Assembly: GCA_040954595.2 (NCBI GenBank)
Contig: CM082578.2
Coordinates: 773,740-837,739 of the forward strand
Source: Balanoglossus misakiensis
Lineage: Eukaryota; Animalia; Hemichordata
DNA length: 64,000 nt
Direction: 5' to 3'
The notes under the pieces were generated by a model. It had not been told where the DNA came from and ran no database searches. It was given only the letters and a program-made list of their open reading frames with translations. The translations under genes and the position numbers were made by a program. Shown in pieces: positions 50,485-62,909 of this stretch; position 1 is the first letter of the stretch, and each line of letters begins with the position of its first letter.

Positions 50485-53249
50485 TTACTAAAGGACGTCA
50501 ATGTCTGTTTACAGTCAAATGCATTGCCATCAGAAAAAAAAATGCAAACAATTTCTTATGTTTGTAGTACGCACTTTTTGTATATCTGTAAACTGTGTCT
50601 CAGTTGTGAAATTCTAAGGAAATTTGTTCCTTGGGTAGAATAAAGGATTCTTAAACAAACTTAGTCACGAAAGCTAAATGGTTACCTCAGAGAAACTGTG
50701 TTAAATTTGGTCATCATTGTTTTAAATCACACAAGACATTCCCACAGCTAAGTTACTGCAGCAGTCAGTTTCAACTCAGCTTGCAAATTGAGATCATGTC
50801 TTGTGTTCATCGAGACTGTCTGTAGTCGAGTTGACAGTCACTACAACTGTATTGCAAATATGGCAGGGTTGGGCAACTCTTCTTATTTGCATTTGAACAC
50901 CTTTTCTGTTTGCGTCAAAATGATGAATAATGTTTCGTTTTCAAGAATGCCTTAATATGGGCACCCAAAACAAGACAACTGCATTGCAAATGACATTTTC
51001 ATTCAACTCTCCTGGGTACCTAAAACAATTTCAACATGGTTGACATGGCAATATTAGACAACTGTTCTAATTTGCATAATCCAAAATGGCCGCCAAATTT
51101 CTCTAACATGTTAATTTCCCATATTTGTCTTAAATGGTGTGTAATATCGAATTTGCAGGGTTTCCATTAATATGGGTACCTAAAACAATTTCAACATGGT
51201 TGACATGGCAATATTAGACAACTGCTCTAATTTGCATAATTCAAACACCTGCTGGATAATTTAACTTTTGCCATTCTTGTCCCATGATTGTATGTATTAT
51301 ATCTCATAACAGGCAATTAAGTGTGCTAATTGTCAAGCCAATCTTAATTCTTCATCTGCACCACAAATCAGATGCAAGGTTTAGGACTGGGAGTGTATGT
51401 GGGAGCAGCATATAGGGGCCTACAGGTATCTTTAATGGCAAGTCCTCGGTTAAAGCCAGAAGGTTTTCAGGTTGTAGGCCTCTATTGTATCTGCAACAGT
51501 TTCTATCACCTCCATCCCACTGGCCGGCACCAGAGGGGGGGGGGGGGTACTTCAAAATTTTTCGGATGGTAGTCTCTCGCCCCAGTCGATAACATCAACA
51601 CGTGTAAATGCCCAAAACCCGACCTATTTGTATTATAAGTCAAATTTTCTGGTCATTTACCCCAAGTTTTTCTTAAAGACTACATACCTATACACCTTTG
51701 TATGGGAGAACACATCCCCCACCCCCCTGCCAACACTAATTGGACAACTTTATTCTTGTTATACTTCTTTATAAGTCTAAATGTTCAGTAAGAAAAGGCA
51801 ACAAGTTATTGAAGCTGCTGACCATGGAAACTATGATGAAGTATATTTTTTTCCTAGCTGTACATGTACAGTATAATTGGCCCAATGTACCAATTGGAGA
51901 TGTGTGCCTTACAAGCAACACAGGTTGTATATCCAAGCCTTGTCTGTTGGCACTATGAAGGGTATTGGAAGAATGTCTCTGCTGGCCACTTTGGCCAGCC
52001 ACTTTTGGCCAGCAGACTATCAAAAGGGTCAAGAAAATAGCCCTAAAAGGTATGGCACTGTATGCAAATCTAGTGCAGGAGTGGATTGATACATTTCCCA
52101 TCACTGTACATGCATCATCCTGTATGGATGATATGTACTCTAGCATTATGTACCAGATAAAAATGGTCAAAATTGCAAAAAAAGGAGATGAAACTCCCAC
52201 TGTCCTTTAACGCAATCCATAGATAAAGAGACAACATGTTCAGGCATTGGATCTAAACATGGTGGATACTGACGAGGGTGTGGTGAATGATGGTGAATCC
52301 CTGGATGTTTTGAGGTTGGAATTCTGAAAAGGATTCCCATCGTGAGATTGAGGAACAGGATGATGCAGAGGGGCTGGCTCTTTGTGACTCCTATCAGTGG
52401 GGATAGACATATATTTGGGATACAGAGGTTGCACTTCCTTGCTTCATGATTAGTACGGTAACACTGCCAAATTTGCAACACAGTTGTATTGTTAAAGGTA
52501 CCCATATGAATGTGCTAATCCTGAAAATACGATATTGCGCATCATTTTGGGAAACATGGCAAAATTTCACTTTTAGTGGTGATTGGCGGCCATTTTTGAT
52601 TATGCAAAATAGAAAAGTTGCCAAACACTGCCATACTTGCAATACATAACCAATATGGATGCAAATCCTGAAATTTTAGATATTACACATAATTTTGAGA
52701 AAAAAGGGCCAAGTTTTATTTTAGAGAAGGTATTTGGCGGCCATTTTTGATCATGCATATTAGAAGAATTGTCCATCATTGCCATTTTGGCAACTCAGCT
52801 GGAATAGGTCTAGGCTCCCATATGAATGCCAATAAGCAAAAAACTTCATAGGAAAGAAAATTTCTAGGTAGGAAAATTTTGACTCAACTTCTGGTTCTAA
52901 TAATAGGTGTAAGGATGTGATCGTTTGATTTTGCAACATTTTACAATTTCAAGCTGTGTGTCTTTAACAGTTGTTGTTGTAGGGACAAATGGCTCAAACC
53001 ATTCAGCTGACAATATAGCACTACACATTGTGCAGTACCTTTGACAATGCTTGGAACAATGTTGCAACAAAGCTTTGTGTTGAAGCTTGCTACAAGACTT
53101 GGCATGCTGAAGCCTCTTATACTAGTCTTAGTTGAACCTCAGCTGTAACTACGTTTGTGAAACCTTAACATTCAAATCTTTGGCCAAAGTTAGGGTTGCA
53201 AAGCTTCTTCAAAGTTTTGTGAACCTCAACAATGCTTTTCTATAGAAAC

Positions 53250-54586
53250 CTTTAAACATGCGGGGGGGGAGGGGGGGACACCAACATCGTAGTCAGTGAG
53301 GTCATCTATGGTGGTGGGCGCGTCTTCCACTCGGCACTCCTCTGCGCACGCTTGGGGGATAAAAAATGCATCAAAAACCCCTGGCGCGTCCTCGCTCGGC
53401 TCCTCCCACCCCTGGAAGACGCACAGGCGCTTCATCATCACCATGGACTCCGGTGAACAAAAGGATTCCGTAGGGATCCGTCCAGGTCTGCCCCTGCGGA
53501 TAAAGAAGTCTAGCAGGTCGGGTATTTCATTTCCTGGACCACACAGCCAGTATAGGTGAGTTTCTCTAACGCCTCCACCGCGTCCCGCTCGCGGAATACT
53601 TCCGGCTTCTCAGTAAAAATAACTGGAAGGTGGCACTGAAAGGCATGTTTCTTCAGTTTGCGCGTGGACCTCCGGCATCCCGGGAACGGACATGGAGAAG
53701 GGCCTGATGAGTAATGTGGAACAGAGGATAGGGGGCTCCTTCGGGCCGGCCTGGCGCTCCTCCAGCGGCGTTCGTCTTCTTCGGGCGGTTCCAGCGTCGG
53801 ATACCGGATCGTTGATCGACGTCTGGGGCTGAGATCTCCCCAGCGTGAAAAGGATGGTCGTTCACGGGAAGGTGGGCGGTCCCGCCTTTCCTCCCGAGAA
53901 CGCTCCGGTCGCGGCGACCGGGTTAGGGATGTGGACCTAGTAGGGCTGCCGGGGTGGTGTCGAAGTTCCCAGGGGATTAGATATTCCCCCGCCTCCAACT
54001 TCGCCTCCAGCTCCAATGGGTTGATCAGTGACTGCAGCGGCAGCGTTTCTTGGCGTGGGGGTGATGGCTCCTGCAGCAGCCGTTGGTTTCCCCCGTCTCT
54101 CGCTACTGCTATTGGGGTGATACACGGGTGCGGGGTGGGTCTGGCCCTTCCGACACCTCCATCGCCTGGTCCTTGTCGCCACCGAGTACCTGTTTTTTCC
54201 AGCTGCGGATCCCGGAAGATGCTCAAAGTTTCCTCCAGGTCGTCAGCTGCGGTGGTGGTTCTTTTGGGCTCTTGCGGGGAGATATGGCCAACGAATCCCC
54301 CACGTACGCGGCCTGGATTGAACTCCCGAGGTAGTGTGCAGGTTTTTATGGCTGCGTCGGATGGTACGGGCAGGTTGGCTTCGGTCTTTTCCTTCCCGTA
54401 TACATGCATGGCCTCCTCCCGTACCGTGGACATCCATCCTATGTCGCCTAGAACCGTGGCTACTTGACAGTTCTCACGGAGCATCAGGAACATTGTATCC
54501 TCGTCTACACCAAGTTGCCTCAGTTCGGGGGATGACACTGATGGGGTCCAACAGTTTCCCTCGGCCGCAGCGATAGCGAATCTCAT
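53250..54586 (-). pseudogene. Extra ORF downstream of integrase: Arg/Ser/Pro-rich region and C2H2-like finger; frameshift near 53550
   Basis: 358-aa ORF with CPFPGC...LKKHAFQCHLP; continues in another frame as LYWLCGPGNEIPDLLDFF...MKRLCVFQGWEEP. Confidence 0.6.
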
Positions 54587-54716
54587 CTAATTCGAGTTGT
54601 CTGGAATCCATTCTGGGGACAAAAAGAAAAGAAAGAAAATTAACGGTTAGTGGGTCCTCGCCTGTGACGAGTCATAGCCCTACCCGATGGCATTTTCTCC
54701 TTTTCCCTGTGTTCCC

Positions 54717-56207
54717 TTAATCGTCGATCCCCTCCCCCTCGCAGTTCGGACAGTGGAAGGGATCAGTCGAGTTGACCTGCTTTTGGGTGAGATTGACGCA
54801 TGTGCTGTGGAACCAGTCGTAACAGATGTCACACTGGACCATCAGCTTCCCTGTGTCCGGCCCACGGCAGATACAGTAGGTCTGTTCCCGGTTTTTGTCC
54901 TGCGGATCATGATCCCCACCCTTTAGGGGCAGTGACCTCTTGAATTTAACTATCCAGCTGGGCAGTTGCGCTTCCCTACACAACCTTATTCTGTCGTGGT
55001 TCGCGGTGGCGATGCATCTCGGAAGTTTCACTCGGTACAAATATGGCGATAATTTCGCTATCACTATTCCTGGTCCTTTCCATGGGGGGCTCAGTTTTTT
55101 ACATTTCCCTCTTACCGTCACTGAGTCCAGAAGGTAGACGGGATCTCCGACTTCATATGAACAGAGTCGGGCCTTCAAGTCGTAGTCCCGCTTCATTCTT
55201 TCCTGGGTGACCTGCAGTTTTTCCTGAGCGAGGTCATGGGCTTCTTTGATGGCGCTCCCCAGGCTGCTCACATATTCTTCATGGTCTTGGGCTGGCGTTG
55301 GTTTCCCGAAGACCAGGTCGGCCGGTTGGTTCACTTCCCGCCCCAGCATAAGGCGATTAGGTGTGAATCCAGTATTTCTGTTTACGGAGGTCCGAATGGC
55401 TCCGGCGATTTGGGGTAGGAATTTGTCCCACTCGTTCTGTTTGCATCCATGAGGGTCCGGTTTTGCCGCTCCATCTGGCTGTTCGCGGAACAGCTGACTT
55501 TCGAAATTACTGCCTCTATCTGTGAATATCTCGAATGGCCATCCGAATCGAGAAAAGAATTCCCCTACAGCTGCCTTAGCGGTTGCCTCTGCCGTTTGGG
55601 TAGGCAGTGGAATGCACTCTACCCACTTGATGAATTGGTCGACCATGACTAGGATATATTCGTTTTTTCGGGGTGTCCGGGGCAGTGGTCCAAGGAAGTC
55701 CAGATGTACCCTTTCCATAGGTGATCCCACGTGGTATCGGGTCAGAGGGCACCTCGCATGTCGCTGTGGTTTCTTGTGCTTGTTGCAGTCGTGGCACGAG
55801 GCTACGTAGCTGCGTACATCATCTGCCATCCGATGCCAGTGGTACTTCATTTGGAGTCTGGCCAGCGTCCGTTGCACGCCCTGATGTCCCGCTGAGGGGA
55901 TCGCATGGTTCAGTTCGATTACTTCCGATATCATTGTTCTGGGGATGACCAGTTTTCCTTCGCCCCCGTCCTCGGATTTCCTCCGGAGTACTGGCATCTT
56001 CGGGTCCACATAATATATCTCGCGGTTTATCCAGGCATGTTTTGCGGCGGTGCTGAGTAGTGCCAATGCGCTTTCCGCGGGGGTTTGACCAGTATCCAGC
56101 CATTCCAGTATCGGCCGTAGATTGGCATCCTCCTGCTGTTGCCGGTATATCGTTTCCAAGGTTTCTCGCCACGGCGTGTCGGTCTCTGGCGAGCTGCTCC
56201 TGGTCAC
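54717..56207 (-). pseudogene. pol: Gypsy integrase with C-terminal PHD finger; catalytic E region deleted
   Basis: HAIPSAGHQG...CHDC zinc finger, HLDFLGP, FTDRGSNF, KKLSPPWKGP; CICRGPDTGKLMVQCDICYDWFHSTCV...FHCPNC. Confidence 0.92.
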
Positions 56208-56228
56208 CGTGCATACCTTGGGGTCCTC

Positions 56229-57059
56229 CTATTCCGCCTGTGTATCTTCACTGAAGGAGGTGTCCTCTCCCATGGAGTCTATTCCGATTGACTTTAGTAT
56301 TTCGTCGAAATCGAATCCTTCTCCTGGGTCCTCTGGGGGGTCTGCGAGGTGGTCACTCGCTTCGTCTTCTTCGCTGCCTAAGTTTACCGTGCAGACGTCT
56401 TGCCTAATGTCATTGGATGGTTGTGAGGCTAACGGTATTACTTCGTCTACCCCGGTGACGAAGTCTCCCCAATTTCTGTGCGCTCGTTGGCAATAGTCAC
56501 ATCCGCCGCAGGGAAGTTCGTCCGGCGTAACGCTGTGGCGGTAGTGTCCCTGCGGTTCAATTCTGGATAGGGCATCCGCGTTGAGGTGTTTGTTCCCCGG
56601 CCTATGCTGAACCGTCATGTTGTACTGGCTAAGTTCTTCCAACCACCGGGCCAATTGTCCTTGGGGCGCTTTAAACCTCAGCAGCCAGGCCAGACTGCTG
56701 TGGTCCGTCCGTTTTATGAAATGGTTCCCCAGCAAGTAGTGTCGGAATAACCGGGTAAATCGTACTACTGCTAGGAGTTCTTTTCGGGTCGTGCAGTACC
56801 TTGTTTGTTCGGGTGTTAATGCGAAGCTGGCGTATGCGCTCACTCGTTCTTCTCCATCCTGCACCTGGAGAAGTTCCGCTCCCACGGCAATGTCCGATGC
56901 GTCCGTGTCCAATGTGAACAGGTCTTTTGGGTTCAGTAACGTGAGTACCGGCACCGATGTTAAGCAATCTTTTAGCGCCTCGAAGGCCAGCCGTTGCTCT
57001 CCGCCCCACTTGAAAGGCTTTTTCCCGTAACTGCGTACAGCGGGCGGCCAACTTGGCAT
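56229..57059 (-). pseudogene. pol: Gypsy RNase H
   Basis: LDTDASD.AVGAELLQ, YCTTRKELLAVV, RTDHSSL.WL, HRPGNKHLNADALSR. Confidence 0.95.
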
Positions 57060-57081
57060 GATCCTTTATAAACGAGCGGTG

Positions 57082-58039
57082 TTAATTGGCTAACCCTGCG
57101 AAAAGTTCCACCTCCTTGGTGTTTTTTGGTGTCGGCCAGTTGCGTACCACGTCAACGGAACGCGGGTCCAGTCCTATGGTTCCTTTGCGGACAATCCGCC
57201 CCAGGAACTTCACCTCTGTCTGAAACAGTTCACACTTGCGGGGGCGTAGTTTCAACCTGTATTCCCAGATCCGGATGAACACGTCTCGCAGATTCTGGAG
57301 ATGGTTTGCAAAGTCCGCCCCAAGTACCATGATGTAGTCTAAAAATGCTAGTACTACCTCCCATGTCAGCCCACGCAGCACCAGATTCATGGCTCGCGAG
57401 TATGTGGCAGTGGTGTTGCACAGGGCGAAGGGCATACGGGCGAATTCATACAGCCCGTACTTTGTGGTAAAGGCAGTCTTCTTGCGGTCCTCTTTGTCCA
57501 CTTGTATTTGCCAGTACGCTGAATTGGCATCTAGTTTCGAGAACCACTCGTTCCCGGCCAGCGTGTCCATGCAGTCCTCTATCAGCGGCAAGGGGAATAC
57601 GTCTTTTCCGATCACATTGTTCAGCGTCTCATAGTCGACGCACCAGCGGACTGTCCCGTCCCTCTTCCTTACCAATACTGGTGCCGAAGCCCATTCTGAT
57701 GTTGAAGGTTGGATTACCCCTGACCGCAGCATTTTCTTGAGGTGGGCCTCCTCCTCCCCCACGAAGCGTAGTGGGGTTCGGCGCATCCTCTGCTTCACTG
57801 GTCGCGCGTCCCCTGTATCGATACTGTGCGCAAGGGCTGTGAAGTTCCCCAGGTCATATTCATTTGCAGCAAAGACATCCTGGAACTCGATAAGTAGCTC
57901 TTTCATTTCATGGGACTGTTTCTCCGTCAGATTGGCTGCTGATTTTTCTGACAATTCCCTCAAGTGGTCTGGGAGCTCGTCCTTGCCATGCGGTGAAGTT
58001 TCTGTGAGTAGTTCAAGCTCGTTGACTGTGCCTGTGGCA
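57082..58039 (-). pseudogene. pol: Gypsy reverse transcriptase; catalytic FLDD mutated to FLDY
   Basis: SEWASAPVLVRKRDG.VRWCVDY, FSKLDANSAYWQI, KTAFTT..GLYEF.RMPF.L. Confidence 0.95.
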
Positions 58040-58042
58040 ATT

Positions 58043-58200
58043 ATTCTCACATCCTGAAGGAACGAACCGAATTGAAGTAGCTGTCTTCCCTTGACCTCGG
58101 AGTAGACACAGCCCTTTCAAAGAAATAACCTATGACCTATGACATGAATATTTAAATAATATCCCATATACACCTGCCTTACGGACGAGCCACCATCTTT
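58043..58200. repeat. DIRS left inverted terminal repeat
   Basis: Near-perfect reverse complement of ~62910-63068. Confidence 0.95.
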
Positions 58201-58523
58201 TCCTCTTGGCTTCAAGTGAGTAGCACAGTTCCTGAAGCTCCTGGGTTTTTCCTGGGAGCGTTGGTGAGTGTTTTAAACACAGGTAGTTGTTTGTATTTCA
58301 TTTTTAGACCGATATGTTATCCCAATTTTTGCCTTGGACGTTGTATATTTTCCTGTTCAGCTTTTTGATGGATGTATTTTTTTTCCTTTGTCAGTTTTCA
58401 TACACATGTGTCAACCATTTTGGATTTGTGGAGCACATGTGTGGTGAAATGTTGAGAATTTTTTCTTGCTATTTTTGTCTAATACGTTTTAGTGTAGGCA
58501 TGCTTCTGTGTTCTTGCAGAACC

Positions 58524-59858
58524 ATGACTGACTTGCTTGCAGCCGTTGTCGAAGATAGTTCTGCAGACATGAGTGCTAATGACTCTGTGAATGTTACACC
58601 AGGCTAGCATAGTGGGACAGCAAATCGTTCTTCTGTTCCGTAGTCCCAGGTCCTTATGGAGATGGTGTCAGGCCTGGCCAAGTCCGTCCAACAGTTGACT
58701 GAAAATCAGAAGAAATGGTTAGGTGCTGCCAGAGATGGTCGCCGTACCAGTGAAATGGACTTGGAAGCGAACGCAGCGGATGGCATTCCCCTTGCTTGCA
58801 TTGGGGTAGCAGGTCCCTCGGGTGCACACGAGGTGCTTCCTCCATTGAGTGACTGTACCTGTCGCCAAGGCCCAGTTTATGTGGCCCCTGAGTCTCTTCG
58901 AGACGTTCGTGCACAGGATAAACACGCTGGTCGTGTTAATTTCCTACTGGATGTGGATTCAGACGACTCTTCGGATGTCGAGTAACCACCTCATCGCCGT
59001 TCATCGTTTCGGAAAGAGAAATCCAGAAGAAAGAAAGGTAAGAAGAAAGACAATAAGTCTAAGGCTTCACCAGTTTCATCAGGCGATTCTTCTTCTACTG
59101 GAAGTTCAGATTGTGAGTTTGATAACCCACATGACAGAAATACTGGTGTGGAGTTTTCCAAGTCGGTCCGGTCTTGGTTTATACAGCAACGTACAAATGC
59201 TCTGAGTGCAGATGACAAAAAGGAAATGAAGGAACGTTATGAAGTGTCTTCAAAACATGAGAAATTATTCTTATCTCCTGCTCTGCCTGAACATCTTGCT
59301 ACTCATTGGGAGAAGCAACCAGTTACTAAACCTATGATGCAGCAGGACCATAGAATTCGGAAAGCTGCTGATAATTTATTGTTGTCGCAACTTCCGTTGT
59401 TGGAAATTTTGCAGACGGCTCATGATGGTGTGTCAATTGATCCACAAATTCTTCTAACTACCATTCAACTTAGTATTACTCTGTTCGGTAGTGCTTTTCG
59501 TGGTCTACAGATAGCAAGACAGAAGGCCTTTGAATCTGTGCTTCCAAATATGTATGCTTCTTTGAAGAAATTGGAACCATCCATGGCTACATTATTTGGA
59601 GATGAGCCACTGAAGGAGGCAAAGAAGGCAAAGCAGGCCCATAACGTTGTGGTTGATATGACCTCTAGGGGTCAAGGGTCAACTGGAAGTGCAGCAGGCC
59701 AGTTCCGCAAATGCCCCATGTCTACCTACAAGTCCAGGTATGGCCAAAGTGGATATGGTAAGCGGTCTCAATACTCCAAGTTTATACAGTATGGTTCTTC
59801 ACCCAAGTTTGCGAGAACTGATGGCGCTGGTCAGTCCTTTCGTGGCAAAAAACAGTGA
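58524..59858 (+). pseudogene. DIRS ORF1 (gag-like), with premature stops
   Basis: Position, ATG 58524 after a putative 5'-UTR intron (GTGAGT 58264 to TTGCAG 58519), and LFGDE motif near the C-terminus. Confidence 0.65.
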
Positions 59859-59899
59859 TGTTTTCCCTCATCAAGAGCAGTTACTTACTCATCCCCAGG

Positions 59900-61903
59900 T
59901 AGAGGGTCGTCTAGCTTTATTTCTTCACCAGAGTGGCGGCAGCTAACTTCAGACTCATGGATACTAGAAACAGTGCAAGGTTACAAGCTGGAACTCGTGT
60001 CAACACCAGTGCAGTCGCATCTACCAGTTACGGCTGTTCAGTCATGCCATGTAGATTTGATCGACACAGAAATACAGTCTTTGTTACAAAAGGCGGCAAT
60101 ACATCCAGTGGTACCAGTTCAAGGTCAGTTTGTGTCAACAATATTTCTAGTACCCAAAGTGTCAGGAGGTTGGCGCCCGGTTTTCAACCTGAAATCACTC
60201 AATCGGCACATTGCTTATCAGCACTTCAAGATGGAGGGCCTTCAGCATGTCAAGGCGCGACTTCGTCCAGGCGACTTCATGGCCACAGTAGACTTGAAGG
60301 ATGCATATTTCACTATCCCAATTTTTGTAGATCACAGAAAGTTTCTTCGGTTTATTTGGAAGGAGACGATGTTCGAATTTGCAGTTCTGCCGTTCGGCAT
60401 TGCCAGTGCTCCTCGAGTTTTTACGAAAATGTTGAAGCCAGTCGTCGCACAGTTTCGTCGCCAAGGTATTCGATGTGTAATTTATATAGACAACCTCCTG
60501 ATCCTGGGGGAATCCAGGAAGATTGGCCAAGCGAATGTAGAGACAGCTGTGCAACTTCTGCAGAGTGTAGGTTTCCTCGTAAATTGGGAAAAATCCAAAC
60601 TTCAACCAAAACAGTAAGTTCAGGTTTTGGGTATGATGATCAACTCCATAGACATGACGATCAGTTTCCCACAGGAAAAGGTACAGAAACTCCAATCAGA
60701 ATGTTGCTGGGAAAAGAAGTGGTCACTGTGCGTTGCCTAGCAAAGGTGTTGGGGCGAATGACAGCAGCTCTGGAGGCGAAAACTGTGGCGCCACTTCATT
60801 ACCGGGCTCTTCAGAAAGATCAGCTGAAGGTGCTCGCTCAGACAGGGTGCTTCGATTCCCCATTGAGTCTCTCTCGAGCAGCAAAGACAGAGTTGAGATG
60901 GTGGGTAGAATGTCTTCATGCGTGGAATGGCAAGTCCCTACTACCACATACACCGCAACTGATAGTTCAGACAGATTCGTCCATCAGAGGATGGGGAGCA
61001 GTATGCGGGCACAACTCGGCACAGGGACAGTGGAACCAGAGTCTCCACATAAATCAGCTGGAGATGCTGGCAGTTTGCAGAGGATTGGAGCGTCTGGCAA
61101 GTCATCTGCAGGACATCTGTGTCGAAGTCCAGTGAGACAATACATCAGTAGTGTCTTACATCAACCGTCAGGGAGGCACTCGATCTTGGCCTCTGAGCGA
61201 GTTGGCGGCCAGTCTGTGGTTGTGGTGCCTGAAGCGCAACATTCTACTATCAGCAGTGCATCTGCCGGGGAGAATCAATTAAGAGGCGGATTACCTTTCG
61301 CGAAAATTCAACGACAATCTGGAATGGCAGCTCAACCCAGTTGTGCTCCAGAAAGCCCTCCGGATGTTGCAGTGGATACCGCAAGTGGACCTGTTTGCGA
61401 CACATCTGAATGCACAGCTTCCTCGTTACGTCTCTTGGAAACCAGATCCACAAGAATGGCGAATAGACGCATTTTCCATTCAGTGGAACAAGCTGGTAGA
61501 CTATGTGTTTCCTCCGTTTTGTCTTCTTCCAAGAATTCTGCACAAAGTTCATCAGGACAAGGCACGCATAGTTCTGGTGGCCCCAGTGTGGACGACTCAA
61601 CCCTGGTATCCCGATTTGCTTTCACTTCTGATACAAGATCCGTTATTGCTCCAACAAGTCCCAGACCTGTTAGTCGATCTGTTGACAGGGCAGAATCATC
61701 CACTCGCAAACCAAATGTTGCTAGCCGTGTGGCCGCTCTCAGGTGTACTCTCCGAGCAAGAGGCATATCTGAAAGGGTGTCTAAAATTATCCTCCAAAGC
61801 ATCAGACGAGGCACTGCAAAACAGTATGAGTCAGCCTGGCGTCGCTGGAATCGTTGGTGTCAAAGACAAAAGGAAGATCCTATTTCAGCGCCTATCCCTA
61901 TAG
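59900..61903 (+). pseudogene. DIRS ORF2: RT, RNase H and Dam-methyltransferase-like domain, disrupted
   Basis: WRPVFNLKSLN, DLKDAYFTIPI, LPFGIASAPRVFTK, YIDN (YIDD mutated); QTDSS.RGWGA, HINQLEMLAV; VDLFAT, DAF...W, YVFPPF, APVW..QPWY. Confidence 0.92.
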
Positions 61904-62681
61904 TGTTGGAATTTCTTGCAGACCAACTTGATAGACAACTTCAGTATCTCACCATTAATGTATATCGTTCAGCTATCTCTTCAGTGCACTTGCCAGTTGA
62001 TGGATATCGTTTGGGAAATCATCCACTTGTTACACAGTTTATGAGGGGAGTTTATGTATCCAGACCACCCAGGTATGGGATGTTCAGCAAGTTTTGACTT
62101 TTCTTCAGTCTTGGTCGCCATCCAAGGATTTGTCGCTGAAGTGTTTAACATTAAAAACTGTTATGTTAGTTGCGTTATGTACAGCAGGACGGTGTTCTGA
62201 TTTGGCAAATCTCCAGTTGGAGTCTATTTCGTTATCCAAGGGATCAGCTGTTTTGCTTCCGGCTAGTTTGTCGAAGACAGACAGACAAGCCAAGAAAAGA
62301 AGAATTGTTGTTTTACCAGCCTTCAAGAATGATCGAAGGTTATGTGTAGTCTATTATTTGGCTTCTTATTTGCGTCGGGTGCAGTCTTTACGCAAGCACA
62401 AGAAGACCCTTTTCGTTAGTTTTGCGACAGGAAAACCTGTTTTGCCAAGTACCATAGCAAGATGGATTAAATTGGTGCTTCAGAAGAGTGGTATAGACAA
62501 GGTCTTCTCAGCACATGAAACTAGAGCAGCAGTTACTTCAGCCCTTCATTTCAGAGGAGCCTCGTTACAGCAAATTATGGGTTTGGCGAATTGGTCCTCT
62601 TCTAGAACCTTTGCTAAACATTACCAGTGTGAGGTATCATCATTGACTTCTCCAGTGTTGGACACCTTGGTAACCAAATAG
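60733..62681 (+). pseudogene. DIRS ORF3 tyrosine recombinase; deletion/frameshift near 62075-62095
   Basis: TAKQYESAWRRW core-binding region; TAGRCSDL, SKT, HETRAA and ANWSSSRTFAKHY catalytic motifs. Confidence 0.92.
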
Positions 62682-62752
62682 GTGAGTTGACTACCTGTTG
62701 TTCTCAGGTGCTTTGTCTTTAAAATCAGCTATGGAAATGAGGGAAGTGACTG

Positions 62753-62852
62753 AAGGATGTGAGAATAAATAAAAATTATACCACATCTTACTGTTACAGG
62801 ATAATTGTGGTTATTCTCTCATCCTGGAGGAATGAACCGAATTGAAGTAGCT
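62753..62852. repeat. DIRS internal complementary region (ICR)
   Basis: AGGATGTGAGAATAAATAAAAATTATACCAC... is complementary to the joined right-end/left-end junction. Confidence 0.93.
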
Positions 62853-62909
62853 CCCACCTCCCACCCAAAAATTATGTTTTCTGTTTGTCTTTTCTTAGTT
62901 TCAGGCTTT

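Larger units (their letters stand above)
42624..51929 (-). repeat. Right arm of large inverted duplication
   Basis: Reverse-complement partner of 26597-36344, with arm-specific insertions. Confidence 0.95.

Noticed and set aside
51977-52016. GGCCAAAGTGGCCAG-like motif beyond the right arm as the seed of the satellite
   Set aside because: Only ~15 bp of similarity, better explained as a local 11-bp hairpin (TCTGCTGGCCA/TGGCCAGCAGA).
53260-53280. G-rich tract as the polypurine tract of Gypsy B
   Set aside because: It is on the wrong strand for a minus-strand element, and no LTR follows.
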